DNA of 64,000 bases from Eledone cirrhosa. Taxonomy: Eukaryota. The DNA is taken from the NCBI GenBank assembly GCA_964016885.1, contig OZ024746.1, positions 1,302,001-1,366,000 of the forward strand, written 5' to 3'. Position numbers and translations under genes: made by a program. Under the pieces are notes generated by a model that made no database searches, was not told the origin of the DNA, and was given only the letters and a program-made list of their open reading frames with translations. The stretch's first letter is position 1, and every line of letters starts with the position of its first letter. Positions 12,067 to 25,517 of the stretch are shown in pieces.

Positions 12067-15000
12067 CCATCATCATCATCATCATCATTTTACGTCCGCT
12101 TTTCCCTGCTTGCAAGGGTGGGACGGGTCTTATTCAGCACAGCATCTCTCCACTCGTCACGGTCCCTCGTCATCTCCACCGTGAGCTTCAATGATCTGAG
12201 GTCTGTTCTCACCACCTCCGCCCATGTTTTTCGTGGTCTACCTCTACCACGTCTTCCTTCAACTGGCATTTCCTGGCACTTCTTCACCCATCGGTCATCC
12301 TCCATGCGCATAACATGCCCATACCACCTCAGTCTCCTCTCCCGTACACTACATTCTATCCCTCTCAGACACAGTTTCTCTCTCAACACATTTATGCTGG
12401 GTCGTTCACGCACATTTACACTGCACATCCAACGGAGCATGCTTGCCTCATTTCTCTCCAGCCGTCGCATATCCTCTGCGGTTGCTGCCCATGTCTCACT
12501 ACCATGCAGCATCGCGCTCCTCACACAGGCATCATACAACCGGCCTTTCGTACGCAGGGAGAAACCCTTCTTCGTCAACAGAGGAAGCAGCTCCCTAAAC
12601 TTCTTCCAACCCGTCCTTATTCTAGATACTATGGCCTCGGAACACCCTCCTCCCATGCTAATCTGATCTCCCAGGTACCGGAAGCTATCCACCACTTCTA
12701 TAGCGCCCTCTCGCATTTGAAAAATGTGTCTATCAGTGCGACTTCTACTGTCTAATTTCCCTGTACATCTACTGCATACATATTTCTCCCTACCTGTTAG
12801 TTTGCCTGCTATCCCGCTACATCTCTTGTGTACCCAGGACCTGCATTGTGTGCATTTTATAGAATTTATGCCAGTTCCTTTTCTGCATATCGAACATGGC
12901 CATTTCCCTGAAGGAATCAGGGTTTTGTCCTCTTTTCTACTCATCAACACTTTTGTCTTAGCTAGATTTACTCTCAGTCCTCTTGCTTCCAACTGCTGTT
13001 TCCATAGCCGGAATTTATTCTCTAGCTCCTCTACTGATTCTGCTATAAGAGCCAGATCGTCAGCATAGAGAAGTTCCCATGGACAGCCAGTCTTAAACTC
13101 CTCTGTTATGGCTTGGAGGACTATAATGAACAAGAGCGGGCTGAGGACCGAACCCTGATGTACTCCTACTTGTATCTGGAATTCCTCACTAAACTCCATT
13201 CCTACCCTGACTTTACTGAGAGTACCTCTGTACAAAGTTTGCACTGTCCTCACAAGCCATTCCTCAACACCTAGCTTCCTTAGGGACCACCAGATGACAG
13301 ATCGGGGTACCCTATTAAAGGCCTTCTCTAGGTCAACAAAGGCTAAGTATAGTGGCTTATTCTTCTCTAAGAACCTCTCTTGCATTTGTCTCACCAAGAA
13401 GAGGGCATCTGTTGTACTCTTCCCAGGCACAAAACCAAACTGCATCTCAGCTAGTTTGACCCTTTCTCTAATTAGTTGTGCTAAAATCCTTTCTGCCACT
13501 TTCATAACCTGATCTATCAGTTTTATACCCCTATAATTGCTCCTCTCCAAAGCATCCCCTTTACCTTTGTAGCAATTTATGAGAATACTGCTGCACCAGT
13601 CTTTGGGTATGACACCACCATATATAGCCTGATTGATGATGCGTGCAACCAGTTTAGTGCCTACGTCCCCTGATGCTTTCAGCATCTAAGCAACTATTCC
13701 CGATGGTCCAGCCGCCTTACCATTTTTCATTTCCTTAATCGCCTCTTGGACCCTATATTCGTCAATCTCAATAGCTGGTCCCTCTGTCGGATCTACCAAG
13801 GGTAATTTCTCTCTCTCCCATTCGTTCTCCACATTCATCAGTCTCTCATAATGACATTTCCAGGCCTCCTTTTTCTGGTCATTCGTGACACTAAGTACAC
13901 CGGCATCATCCCGGACACATTTATCACCAACAACATCCTGATTTGCATTGACACACTGCCTTGCAATGTGGAACACCGCACGCCTCTGATCTTCCCGTCG
14001 CAGAACATTGGCAAACCTCCTACTCTCTGCCTCCCTGCGTGCTAAGTACACCTGACGTCTAGCTTCTCTCTTAGTGGCTGTATATTCTTCCCTACTCCCA
14101 CCCTTTTTCCAAGCCTTCCATGCTAGTCTTTTGTCTCTAATAGCCTTATCTACTGTGCTGTTCCACCACCAGGTCACTCTCTGTCTGGTTGGAGCTCTGC
14201 TCCAGCCACAGGTTTCATCAGTAGCCTGCAGCAAGTTGTCACGTAAGAACTTCCAGTTATTATCTATGTCATACGTCTCTAAATCGTCTTCTTTTTCGTC
14301 ATATACATCTTGAAGGGCTTTCCTAAATTTGAATTTTAGTGAAAGGTCTTTTAGCTTCCAGACCTTTCTTCTCCACACCTTCCTATATGTCTCATTCCAT
14401 CTCTTGCTTACTGAGATATCACTAACAACAAACCTATGCTGTGGGGTACATTCTTCCCCAGGGTATGCCTTGGTATTAGACACTATCTGCCTGTCCCGCT
14501 GCCTAACTAGCAGGAAGTCAATCTGGCTTATGTGCTCACCAGATTTGTAGGTTATTAGGTGATTGGCAGGTTTCTGGAAGTTTGTGTTGCAAATAGTCAG
14601 TGTACTTGCATCACAAAATTCAAGAAGTCTCACTCCTTCATTTCTTGAACCGTAACCGTGCCCACCATGTACCCCAGTGTAACCATCCTGGAGCTGTCCA
14701 ACATGACTATTGAAGTCTCCTGCTAGCATAATGATGTCTCCGTCCTCTGTCATTGTGGTTGTTTGCAAAAGTTGCTCATAACAGCAGTCTTTCTCATCTT
14801 TGCCTAGGCCTGCTTGGGGAGCATAGACCGAGATGATTGTCAGTAGTCTCCTACCTACAACTAATCTAAGCTTAATTATTCGATTACTAACTCGAACTAC
14901 CTCTATTGTCTTATTGATCCATTTCTCAGCCAGGAAAATGCCTACTCCCCCTAACCCATCATCCTTACCTACCCAGAATAGCTTATAGCTAAGACGCTTG

Positions 15001-15345
15001 CCTACGACTAGTCTCGCAGAGGCACCTCTCCATCTCACCTCTTGCACGCAGCACACACCCACCTGCCTTCTCTCCAGCATCTCCGCTATTTCAGCAGATC
15101 TACCTCTGAGAGTGCCAACATTAAGTGTTGCAACTCTGAGATGCGACGTCTTCATATTTTTCTATGCTGTTTTGTTGCTGTGCTGATAAGTTTTTTGGCA
15201 TTGATACACTGGTTGGATGCCCTTCCTAACACCAGCGCCACTTTACAGCATGGACTGGGTGCTTTTATTTGTGCCACCAGCACTAGAGAGGATGTCTTAC
15301 TAGACTCAAGGGCCCTCTCTACCCCTCCATTTTACAGCATGGTCA
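12067..15345 (-). mobile_element. Near full-length RTE-clade LINE with (GAT)n tail
   Basis: APE endonuclease plus RT in one frame. 5'UTR carries GGAAGGGCATCCA, and the 3' end is ...GCGGACGTAAAA(TGA)n. Confidence 0.95.
12090..15155 (-). pseudogene. RTE ORF (APE + RT + Cys-rich insert) split by a single TAG at 13686-13688
   Basis: Motifs TLNVGTL, VQEVRW, AGDFN, QIDF, GVHQGSVLSPLLF, YADD, RLRWYGHV. The two track ORFs abut in the same frame (GPSGIVA*MLKASG). Confidence 0.92.
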
Positions 15346-15379
15346 TTAAAAAAATATATATATATATATATATATTTAT

Positions 15380-15647
15380 TTAGGTTTGTTGGTTCACCAC
15401 TGGATAGAACTGGTCATTCCGTATGGTCAATCTCGATGTAATATTAAGGAGAGCACTCAACGTAATGCAACTCACCCGTCTTCGTTTGTGTAGTTGGTGC
15501 GAGTACGGAGTTAATTATTATAAAATAACAGGAGGCTGGACTGATCATTTCAGTGACTGGATTCACACTGAACCCGGTCATTGAAATGATCAGAGTATAA
15601 TAAACCTTTTAAGGAATTACACCAGTCCAGCCTCCTGTTATTTTATA

Positions 15648-15650
<3 letters not shown>
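15380..15650. mobile_element. (TA)n-flanked fold-back element with tail
   Basis: Arms tataaaataacaggaggctggact / agtccagcctcctgttattttata, an inner hairpin, and tail motif gagcactcaa at 15451. Partial copy at 31175-31265. Confidence 0.7.
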
Positions 15651-15679
<29 letters not shown>

Positions 15680-15684
<5 letters not shown>

Positions 15685-16192
15685 ATGTGTATGAAGGATG
15701 ACAGCTGCATAGAAAGGTGCAGAGTTCTAGAAGTCGATGGAAGCTGCGGAGTGGGGAGACCCAAGAAGACTTGGGATGAGGTGATAAAGGCCGACCTTAC
15801 CCAATTGCACCTCTCAAGGGCAATGACACATGACCGTGACCTCTGGCGTCACGCAGTAATACAGAAGACCCGACACCCCATAGAAACAAGCCGAAGCTGA
15901 AGCATATAGACAATATCCCCCCCCCCCACTGCAAAGTGGTCGTGGAGGTGCCACGGCAAAAAAGCACCCAGCCCACACTGTAAAGTGGACGTGTAGGCAC
16001 CATGGAAAAAAAGCACCCATCACTCACTGTAAATGGGGTTGGTGTTAGAAAGGGCATCCAGCTGTAGAAATCAAGCCAGAATCAGTTCCCGTATGAACAA
16101 GACAAGGTCAGCCGACTGGACACTGCCCACAACAGGACAACCCGTCTAACCCATGCTAGCGAGGAAGAACGGACGTAAAACAGTGATGATGA
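15680..16192 (+). mobile_element. RTE 3' ORF fragment followed by a bipartite non-autonomous RTE (5'UTR + 3' tail)
   Basis: Translation CIERCRVLEVDGSCGVGRPKKTWDEVIKADL, then ggttggtgttagaaagggcatccagctgtag...ggacgtaaaacagtgatgatg. Confidence 0.8.
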
Positions 16193-18601
16193 CATATATA
16201 TATATATGGTATTAAGTTATACATGGCCTGGGCCAATACTGGCTGAAACCTATCAAAGTTATATGTGCGTGTATGTGTGTAGAACAATGAAAAAAAACAA
16301 AAGTCAGAGATAGTTAATTAGTTCATTGTTTTATGATGAATCAAGCCTCTGAAACGTCAAACAACGAACTAAATATCTCTGACTTTTGTTATGTTTTCAT
16401 TGTTCTACAACACATATATAGAAATGATTACATATTGAAATTAATTATACAATTTTATATAAAAGTCTGTTACTCTTAAAACTAGCTTCTCCCTCAACTC
16501 ATCCAATGCCTTGGTGATCAATGAGTGAAGAAGTTCCAGGAAATGCCAGTGGAAGGAAGTCACAGTAGATGTAGACCAAGGAAGTCCTGGGCAGAGGTAA
16601 TGATAGCTGACCTCAAATCACTGAGACTTACAAAGGAGATGAGGGAATGTGACGGAGAAATGCTGAGAAGGACCCGGCTAACCTAAGTGTAGACAAACAG
16701 GCAACAATAATGATCATAGTACATATATTTAGTTGTTGTCCTTGAGTTCAAATCCTGCTGAGGTTAACTTTGCCTTTCATCCTTACAGGGTTGATAAAAT
16801 AAAGTACCAGCAATGTACTGGGGTCGATTTAATCAACTTTCCTTTCCACCAAAATTGTTGGCCTTGTGCCTAAATCAGAAACTATTATTTTACGAATTCT
16901 TTACCCTGTGGTATAAGCTTCTATATTGACGTATATATATAAATATATAGTATATAAACATATTATGGATGGAGGCACATGGCTTAGTGGTTAGAGCATT
17001 GGCCTTGCAATCGAAAGGTTATGAGTTCAATTCTCAGACCAGGTGATGTGTTGTTTCCTTGAGCAAGACACTTTATTTCACATTGCTCCAGTTTACTCAG
17101 CTGTAGTAATGAGATGATAGGACTGGGGTCCCTATCATTCCACTGTAAAGTGGTCATGGAGGTGCCACGGCAACAAAGCACCCAACACTCACTGTAAATG
17201 AGGTTGGTGTTAGAAAGAGCATCCAGCTGTAGAAATCAAGCCAGAATCAGTTCCCGTCCCACCCTTGCAAGCAGGGAAAAGCGGACGTAAAATGATGATG
17301 ATGATGATTATATATATACATATATGTATATACACATATGCACTCCCACACACATATATACACATACACAATACAAATAAGCTGAGCTTCCACATGACAG
17401 TTTCCGTCTAACTTTGTAATGAAGTTAATCAATTCAATAGCTGATACTGTACTTCAGTATCTATTACACGTCTTCAGTTCATCAGTTTGGAATCTATGTT
17501 GTACTGTAGACAATGTATAGCCCAGTTTAGGGAATTCTCTTACCCTATATCTAGGTTTATATTGCAGCTAAATAATATATGAACTTACAAACTATTACTG
17601 TAACCTATTAACATGTTTCACCAATATATACACACACCGACATATATATACACACTCATACACAAAGATACATGGGCATACACATATATGGCCATACATT
17701 GACATTTATAAATACATATATCTTACATCTTGACATCTGTTTAGCACTTCCATTTCTATATCTTACATCTTGACATCTGTTTAGCCCTTCCATTTCTATA
17801 TCTTACATCTTGACATCTGTTTAACCCTTCCATTTCTATATCTTACATGAAAATGTCCTCTTATGATTTTCAAGTCATTTTGAAAATAATTTTGTGATAT
17901 TTAGTCACATGGTTTCTGCTTTAGGCACAAGGCCAGCAATTTAAAGGGAGACGAAAGTCGATTAAATCGGCTCCAGTGCATTACTGGTTCCTTATTCTAT
18001 CGAACCCATAAAAATGAAAGGCAAAGAGAACCACAGCGGGATTTGAACTCAGAATATAAAGGGTCGCAACACTATGCTGCAAAGTTAAACAAACCTTTTT
18101 GTTATTAGGCTGTCATTTGGAATATAACTTAAGGGATTTTAAATAAAGGGTTGATGGAAGTTTTTTAGACAAATATAAAACAAACAGCTTTGCATCATAG
18201 AAGGAGGGGTCATTTCAGGGGGTTTGATATCAAGGTTTAACCCTTTCATTACCCTATTTTATTAGAAATATGTGAACTCAAAGTGCAGAGAGCCTTCAAC
18301 AAATACCTAGGTATTTCGTCCGATACCCTAACAATTCTGCAAATTCTTTAAAAAAAACAATGAAATAAAATAAAAAAACCAAGTGAACTCCGCTGCATCA
18401 ACTATAATAATAGTTGATGTGTGTATATCTTTATATTTATTTGTCACTGAAAGGGAGATGAGTGAGGATGGAAGGGGTGGTGATAAAACTATAGACCAGT
18501 GTTCTGTGTTACACCTGTGTGTGTATATGTGTAGTGTATTGGCTATTATTGTGGGTGTGAATATATTTATACTTGTGTGAGTGTATTTATATTTATATAC
18601 T

Positions 18602-18650
<49 letters not shown>

Positions 18651-18658
<8 letters not shown>

Positions 18659-19012
18659 ATATTAAATAAATGGAAACTATATTTATAAAACCATATTTAT
18701 TCTATTATATATATTTCAAGGGTACCAAAACTTTGGTACGCCCTCATCAGATAAAATACAATGTTTGTTTTATAAATGTTGACATAACCAAGAAAAGATA
18801 CCTTAATGGTTCAAGTTTTTCTAGAAAAGATACCTTAACGGTTTTTCTAGAAAAACTTGTACCGTTAAGGTATCTTTTCTTGGTTATGTCAACATTTATA
18901 AAACAAACATTGTATTTTATCTGATGAGGGCGTACCTAAGTTTTGGTACCCTTGAAATATATATAATAGAATAAATATGGTTTTATAAATATAGTTTCCA
19001 TTTATTTAATAT

Positions 19013-19020
<8 letters not shown>
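18651..19020. mobile_element. ~370-bp near-perfect palindrome with two opposed hammerheads (18698-18758 minus, 18913-18973 plus)
   Basis: Arms are reverse complements around ttttctagaaaa, with (TA)n on both sides. Confidence 0.9.
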
Positions 19021-19054
<34 letters not shown>

Positions 19055-19524
19055 CAAGATATTTTCTATGTTAGTTGCAGATAGTTTATCAACAAAAAAA
19101 ACGTTTGTAATAAAAGAATTATTAAACTAAAAACTTGGTTTTGTACCTTTTTATATCTAAAATATTACAATTAGCCATCATTTTTGACGGTACGGGGCCA
19201 GTTAGTCTTGTAAGAATTTTGATAATGTCAACAATAATGTCCTTGAGGTTCCATGTTGTCACTTGGGAATGTTCCTGGGTAATTATAATTGACAACTGAG
19301 GTCACCTATTTACTGCTAAATAGCAACACAGACACAAGAAGCAGATGAGATATACTCATTTTTTCTTTTATCTTCGTTAACTTGAAAGATCTTTTGTTTT
19401 GTTCAGGGTGTCCTTGGTTAAAATTTCAGACGAAACTTTGAAATTAATTGTCAAATATCTAAATAGCTACATATAACAATATTGCCAATTTATCTCTAGA
19501 TCTGGTAAATTTCAAGAAAACATA

Positions 19525-19724
19525 CGAGGGTCGACTGAATAGTTCATAGGCTGACTATGAAGAAGTGATGTTAGCGCTGTGAAATCTTGCATGCATTAAT
19601 TTCAACTCTTCATGTTAATAACTGCATTGTTTTGTTTTTTGTTTTTTTTATTGTAAAATAAACTTCATTTGGTCATTCCATGAGAGTATCTTAACCAGCC
19701 TATGAACTTTTCAGCTTCCCCTCG
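19525..19724. mobile_element. Tc1/mariner-type MITE (200 bp, TA TSD)
   Basis: TA|CGAGGGtcgaCTGAAtAGTTCATAGG ... CCTATGAACTtTTCAGcttcCCCTCG|TA. Confidence 0.85.
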
Positions 19725-20220
19725 TAGTTAATGAAAATAGTTGTAGACAGCTAGAAACCGATTTAATTTTAAACATAATCCCACTTCCCCCCATTTGAGG
19801 GAGGTAAGCTATTTATCTGGGAGGCCTCGTGTGATGCTTTCTTCTGGTGCTAACATCATCACTTGGCCACAAACCCTGGAACCACAGAACGAAATACAGA
19901 AGACCAAAAGATGACCAAATACCAAACATTCACTGACCTTTTTATGCCAGTCACCAGACTTCTGTTTTTCCCCCACCAAATTGGAACGTAGGGATCACAC
20001 TTAAGGAAGGATCCCCTTTCGCTGTCTTCAACGCAGGGCTCCACTAACATATACCACACAGTCAAAGGCCCCTTTTCTCATTTCTCTGAACCTCATTTTT
20101 TGTTTACTTTATTTTTCTGTTCCCTTTAGTCATTATAATATTGTAAATAAATGAAATTTTATATAATCTGGTTTCTTGTCGGTAGTTCCTCATCATTGGT
20201 AGATTTAGTTTAGGTGGCGA

Positions 20221-22170
20221 ATTGGTAGAGTGGTTAGAACGTCAGATAGAATGGTAGAGTGGTTAGAACGTCAGGTAGAATGGTAGAGTGGTTAGAACGT
20301 CAGGTAGAATGGTAGAGTTGTTAGAACGTCAGATAGAATGGTAGAGTGGTTAGAACGTCTGATAGAATGGTAGAGTGGTTAGAACGTCTGATAGAATGGT
20401 AGAGTGGTTAGAACGTCTGATAGAATGGTAGAGTGGTTAGAACGTCAGATAGAATGGTAGAGTGGTTAGAACGTCAGATAGAATGGTAGAGTGGTTAGAA
20501 CGTCTGATAGAATGGTAGAGTGGTTAGAACGTTGGATAGAATGGTAGAGTGGTTAGAACGTCAGATAGAATGGTAGAGTGGTTAGAACGTTGGATAGAAT
20601 GGTAGAGTGGTTAGAACGTTGGATAGAATGGTAGAGTGGTTAGAACGTTGGATAGAATGGTAGAGTGGTTAGAACGTTGGATAGAATGGTAGAGTGGTTA
20701 GAACGTCAGATAGAATGGTAGAGTGGTTAGAACGTTGGATAGAATGGTAGAGTGGTTAGAACGTTGGATAGAATGGTAGAGTGGTTAGAACGTTGGATAG
20801 AATGGTAGAGTGGTTAGAACGTTGGATAGAATGGTAGAGTGGTTAGAACGTTGGATAGAATGGTAGAGTGGTTAGAACGTTGGATAGAATGGTAGAGTGG
20901 TTAGAACGTTGGATAGAATGGTAGAGTGGTTAGAACGTTGGATAGAATGGTAGAGTGGTTAGAACGTTGGATAGAATGGTAGAGTGGTTAGAACGTCAGA
21001 TAGAATGGTAGAGTGGTTAGAACGTTGGATAGAATGGTAGAGTGGTTAGAACGTTGGATAGAATGGTAGAGTGGTTAGAACGTTGGATAGAATGGTAGAG
21101 TGGTTAGAACGTTGGATAGAATGGTAGAGTGGTTAGAACGTTGGATAGAATGGTAGAGTGGTTAGAACGTTGGATAGAATGGTAGAGTGGTTAGAACGTT
21201 GGATAGAATGGTAGAGTGGTTAGAACGTTGGATAGAATGGTAGAGTGGTTAGAACGTCAGATAGAATGGTAGAGTGGTTAGAACGTTGGATAGAATGGTA
21301 GAGTGGTTAGAACGTTGGATAGAATGGTAGAGTGGTTAGAACGTTGGATAGAATGGTAGAGTGGTTAGAACGTTGGATAGAATGGTAGAGTGGTTAGAAC
21401 GTTGGATAGAATGGTAGAGTGGTTAGAACGTTGGATAGAATGGTAGAGTGGTTAGAACGTCAGATAGAATGGTAGAGTGGTTAGAACGTTGGATAGAATG
21501 GTAGAGTGGTTAGAACGTTGGATAGAATGGTAGAGTGGTTAGAACGTTGGATAGAATGGTAGAGTGGTTAGAACGTCAGATAGAATGGTAGAGTGGTTAG
21601 AACGTTGGATAGAATGGTAGAGTGGTTAGAACGTTGGATAGAATGGTAGAGTGGTTAGAACGTTGGATAGAATGGTAGAGTGGTTAGAACGTCAGATAGA
21701 ATGGTAGAGTGGTTAGAACGTCAGATAGAATGGCAGAGTGGTTAGAACGTTGGATAGAATGGTAGAGTGGTTAGAACGTCTGATAGAATGGTAGAGTGGT
21801 TAGAACGTCAGATAGAATGGTAGAGTGGTTAGAACGTCAGATAGAATGGTAGAGTGGTTAGAACGTCAGATAGAATGGTAGAGTGGTTAGAACGTCAGAT
21901 AGAATGGTGGAGTGGTTAGAACGTCAGATAGAATGGCAGAGTGGTTAGAACGTCAGATAGAATGGCAGAGTGGTTAGAACGTCAGATAGAATGGTAGAGT
22001 GGTTAGAACGTCAGATAGAATGGTAGAGTGGTTAGAACGTCAGATAGAATGGTGGAGTGGTTAGAACGTCAGATAGAATGGTAGAGTGGTTAGAACGTCA
22101 GATAGAATGGTAGAGTGGTTAGAACGTCAGATAGAATGGCAGAGTGGTTAGTCAGATAGAATGGTAGAGT
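20221..22170 (+). repeat. 29-bp minisatellite (~67 copies), amplified SINE1 A-box segment
   Basis: Starts after SINE-head-like ggtggcgaattgg and ends before B-box-like cagtccaaatccc. Confidence 0.9.
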
Positions 22171-22372
22171 GATATTTGTTTTACCTCTCTGCTTCTCTCA
22201 GTCCAAATCCCACCGACATACCCCGCCCCCACTAATGCACTACAGTCAATGTCATTGACTCAATAAGAATTTGGAATATTTTTTGTTGATATTTGTTGAA
22301 AGCCAAATGTGGGAACCCAATATATATTAACAATTCTAAAAATGTTGGAGGAAATTTGTCAAAAGTCAAATG

Positions 22373-22407
<35 letters not shown>

Positions 22408-22409
<2 letters not shown>

Positions 22410-22596
22410 CGAAGGAAATGTGGTAAAGAACCAGGTGGACCATAACGCACCGAAGTACTCAATACTTAGGGTAGTAGAGTGGGTAATAGGAACGAGTAGG
22501 ACCCCGACGGCTGAGCTCAAGCCGTTTCGACGGCTAATTCTCGACTGAATTAGCCGTCGAAACGGCTTGAGCTCAGCCGTCGGGGTCCTACTCGTT

Positions 22597-22681
<85 letters not shown>

Positions 22682-22915
22682 GTATATACATATATATATA
22701 TATAGGAAAAAGTATGACCCCGGCGGCAGAGCTCAAGCCGTTTCGACGGGTATTTCTGGACTCAGAAATTTCGAGTCCAGAAATAGCCGTCGAAACGGCT
22801 TGAGCTCTGCCGTCGGGGTCATACTTTTTCCTATTTCCCACTCTACTACCCTAAGTATTGAGTACTCTGGTGCGTTATGGTCCATCTGGTTCCTTACCAC
22901 ATTTCCTTTATTATA
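22408..22915. mobile_element. Two opposed family-D fold-back elements separated by (TA)n
   Basis: Each has a short arm and a long arm with an ~80-nt tail, and contains GAAACGGCTTGAGCTC(A/T)GCCGTC. Other copies at 28050-28185, 31620-31820, 34678-34880, 35254-35442, partial 25070-25165, diverged 50805-50960. Confidence 0.85.
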
Positions 22916-23467
22916 TATATACTGGATAACAAATTACTGTTATAGGTAGTCCACTTAGATGTAGTCCAGTTAGGGTACTCCGGGTAGTGGATAGTATTAA
23001 CGCTGGGCTAAGTTTGACTCAACAAGGCGTTTCCATAGTGATGCTGCGAGTAAGCGGTGATTTCTATCTAGTTTACACCTGGAGTAACAATTTCATACAT
23101 CTGTTTCGTATCAGTTCGTTCTACATGCTAAAGTCATCAGTATACTCTATCTCTTACTTAGATTGTTGTTGTGATTGTTTTAACTATTTACAGTCTAGCT
23201 AATTTATTTGAGTATTGTTATTATTGTTCTGATTTAATGCCACTACTATATATAGAAGCCATGCCTGTGTATATCCTTCATTCTCGCATGCTCTGATGAA
23301 CTGACTGGTTATAACAAAGTATTGGTGATCGATTGACGCAAAAACATGCGGGTAGCGATCTCTAGACCTACCAGTTCAGAGAAATAATTGTCAGCAATGT
23401 GAATAAAGTCCTTATTGTATAGCAAACCATGTCACTCTTCTTTCTTGATTTATATATATATATATAT

Positions 23468-23553
<86 letters not shown>

Positions 23554-23561
23554 CACACAAA

Positions 23562-23759
23562 CAGAGGGTTGGCTGAAAAGTTCATAGGCCTACTAATAAG
23601 GAGTGATGCTAGGGCTGTGAATCTTACATGTATTAATTTCAACTCTTCTTTTTAATAACTGCATTGTTTCTTTCCAGGGACTATGTTGAAAAATAAACCT
23701 CATTTTGTCATTCCATGAGAGTATCTTGGTCAACCTATAAACTTTTCCACCGACCCTCG
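23562..23759. mobile_element. Mariner-type MITE, copy 2
   Basis: Homologous to 19525-19724. Confidence 0.8.
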
Positions 23760-24334
23760 TACTCACATATCCTTCCGGGGTCAATAAAATAAAGTACCAG
23801 TCTAATATTGGGGGTGATTTAATCACCTTTACCCTTCCCCTAAATTTGTTGGTCTTGTGTCTAAATTAGAAATTAATTTATTAATCCCTTAGAAAATGTA
23901 TTCATAGCTATATCCGGCAGGGTGTCCAAAATCACCCTCCTCATCAAGCAAGATTGGTGGGGTTACTGGTTTAGTCGCCGACGACTCCACCATGCACAGC
24001 TTGTGCTGGGCTGTAGCGTTGAAGAGTGACCTTCATTAAGACATCTCTGTTGGAGAAGGTCACTCTGATATATAACCTGCCACTTTGTAACCAATGATGT
24101 CAGTTCTACCGTTTAGGTAAATACATGTTCAGAGAGTGGGATTGGCTCTGTGTAAAACTTTGCCTTACTTAAAAAAGCTTCAAGTACAGGCATTGCTTGA
24201 TATGTGACATTTGTTTCAATGCATGGTATTGCTGACCATGGGCAGGTCCCCAGCAAGAAGACAAAACTACGTCTGTAATGCTCATGTTTAAGTATCAAGC
24301 GATGGCATTACTTGAAATCGAGTTGCAGTCATAA

Positions 24335-24905
24335 TAGATATATATATAGATAGATATAGATATATATATATAGATATAGATATATATAGATAGATATAGA
24401 TATATATATAGAGATATAGATATATATAGAAAGATATAGATATATATATAGATATAGATATATATAGATAGATATAGATATATATAGATAGATATATATA
24501 TATAGATATATAGATATAGATATATATAGATAGATATAGATATATATATAGAGATATAGATAGATATAGATATATATATAGATATAGATATATAGATATA
24601 GATATATATAGAGATAGATATATATAGATAGATATAGATATAGATATAGATATATAGATATAGATATATATAGATAGATATAGATATATATATAGATATA
24701 GATATATATATAGATATAGATATATATATAGATATAGATATATATAGAGAGATATAGATATAGATATAAAGATATAGATATATATATAGATATAGATATA
24801 TATATAGCTATAGATATATATAGATAGATATAGATATATATATAGATATAGATATAGATATAGATATATATATAGAGATATATATATATATAGAGAGAGA
24901 GAGAG
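24335..24905. repeat. Compound (ATAG/ATATAG)n microsatellite
   Basis: Directly visible. Confidence 0.95.
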
Positions 24906-25166
24906 GGGGGGGGTTAAGAAGAATCGAAGTACAGTTTACTGGCATACTACAGCCTGGAATGAGGTGGACCTCGTAACAGCATTGGGTGCTACGAACGGCG
25001 CACTGCCTGTACCTGTAGTTACACACCTAACACATACACTCACATATATATAAATATACATATATAACAAAGAGGGTGTAGTAAGTTACCATGTAGACCA
25101 TAACGCACCAGAGTACTCAATACTTAGGGTAGTAGAGTGTGTAATAGGAAAAGGGTCAGGACTATA

Positions 25167-25296
<130 letters not shown>

Positions 25297-25486
25297 CTGA
25301 TCAGATCAGAGCAAACATCACGGACGCTCTATCTCAAAATTATTTTTGAAAAGCATTAGAAATGCGCAACCGGTAAAACTTAAAACCAAAACTGAATACT
25401 AATCAATACTATTACTAATTCTCACTTATTCCTAATTAAACTATTTTTCACTGTGAACAATTTGTCAGCATTTTCTTTTCCGTTTA

Positions 25487-25517
<31 letters not shown>

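Noticed and set aside
13686-13688. Programmed readthrough between RTE ORFs
   Set aside because: RTE elements have one ORF and the stop falls in a conserved motif, so a point mutation or sequencing error is simpler.
23285-23350. Possible hammerhead (cgcatgct-CTGATGA...catgcg), and similar at 16325-16365 and 10155-10195
   Set aside because: Core or stem III too degenerate to call.
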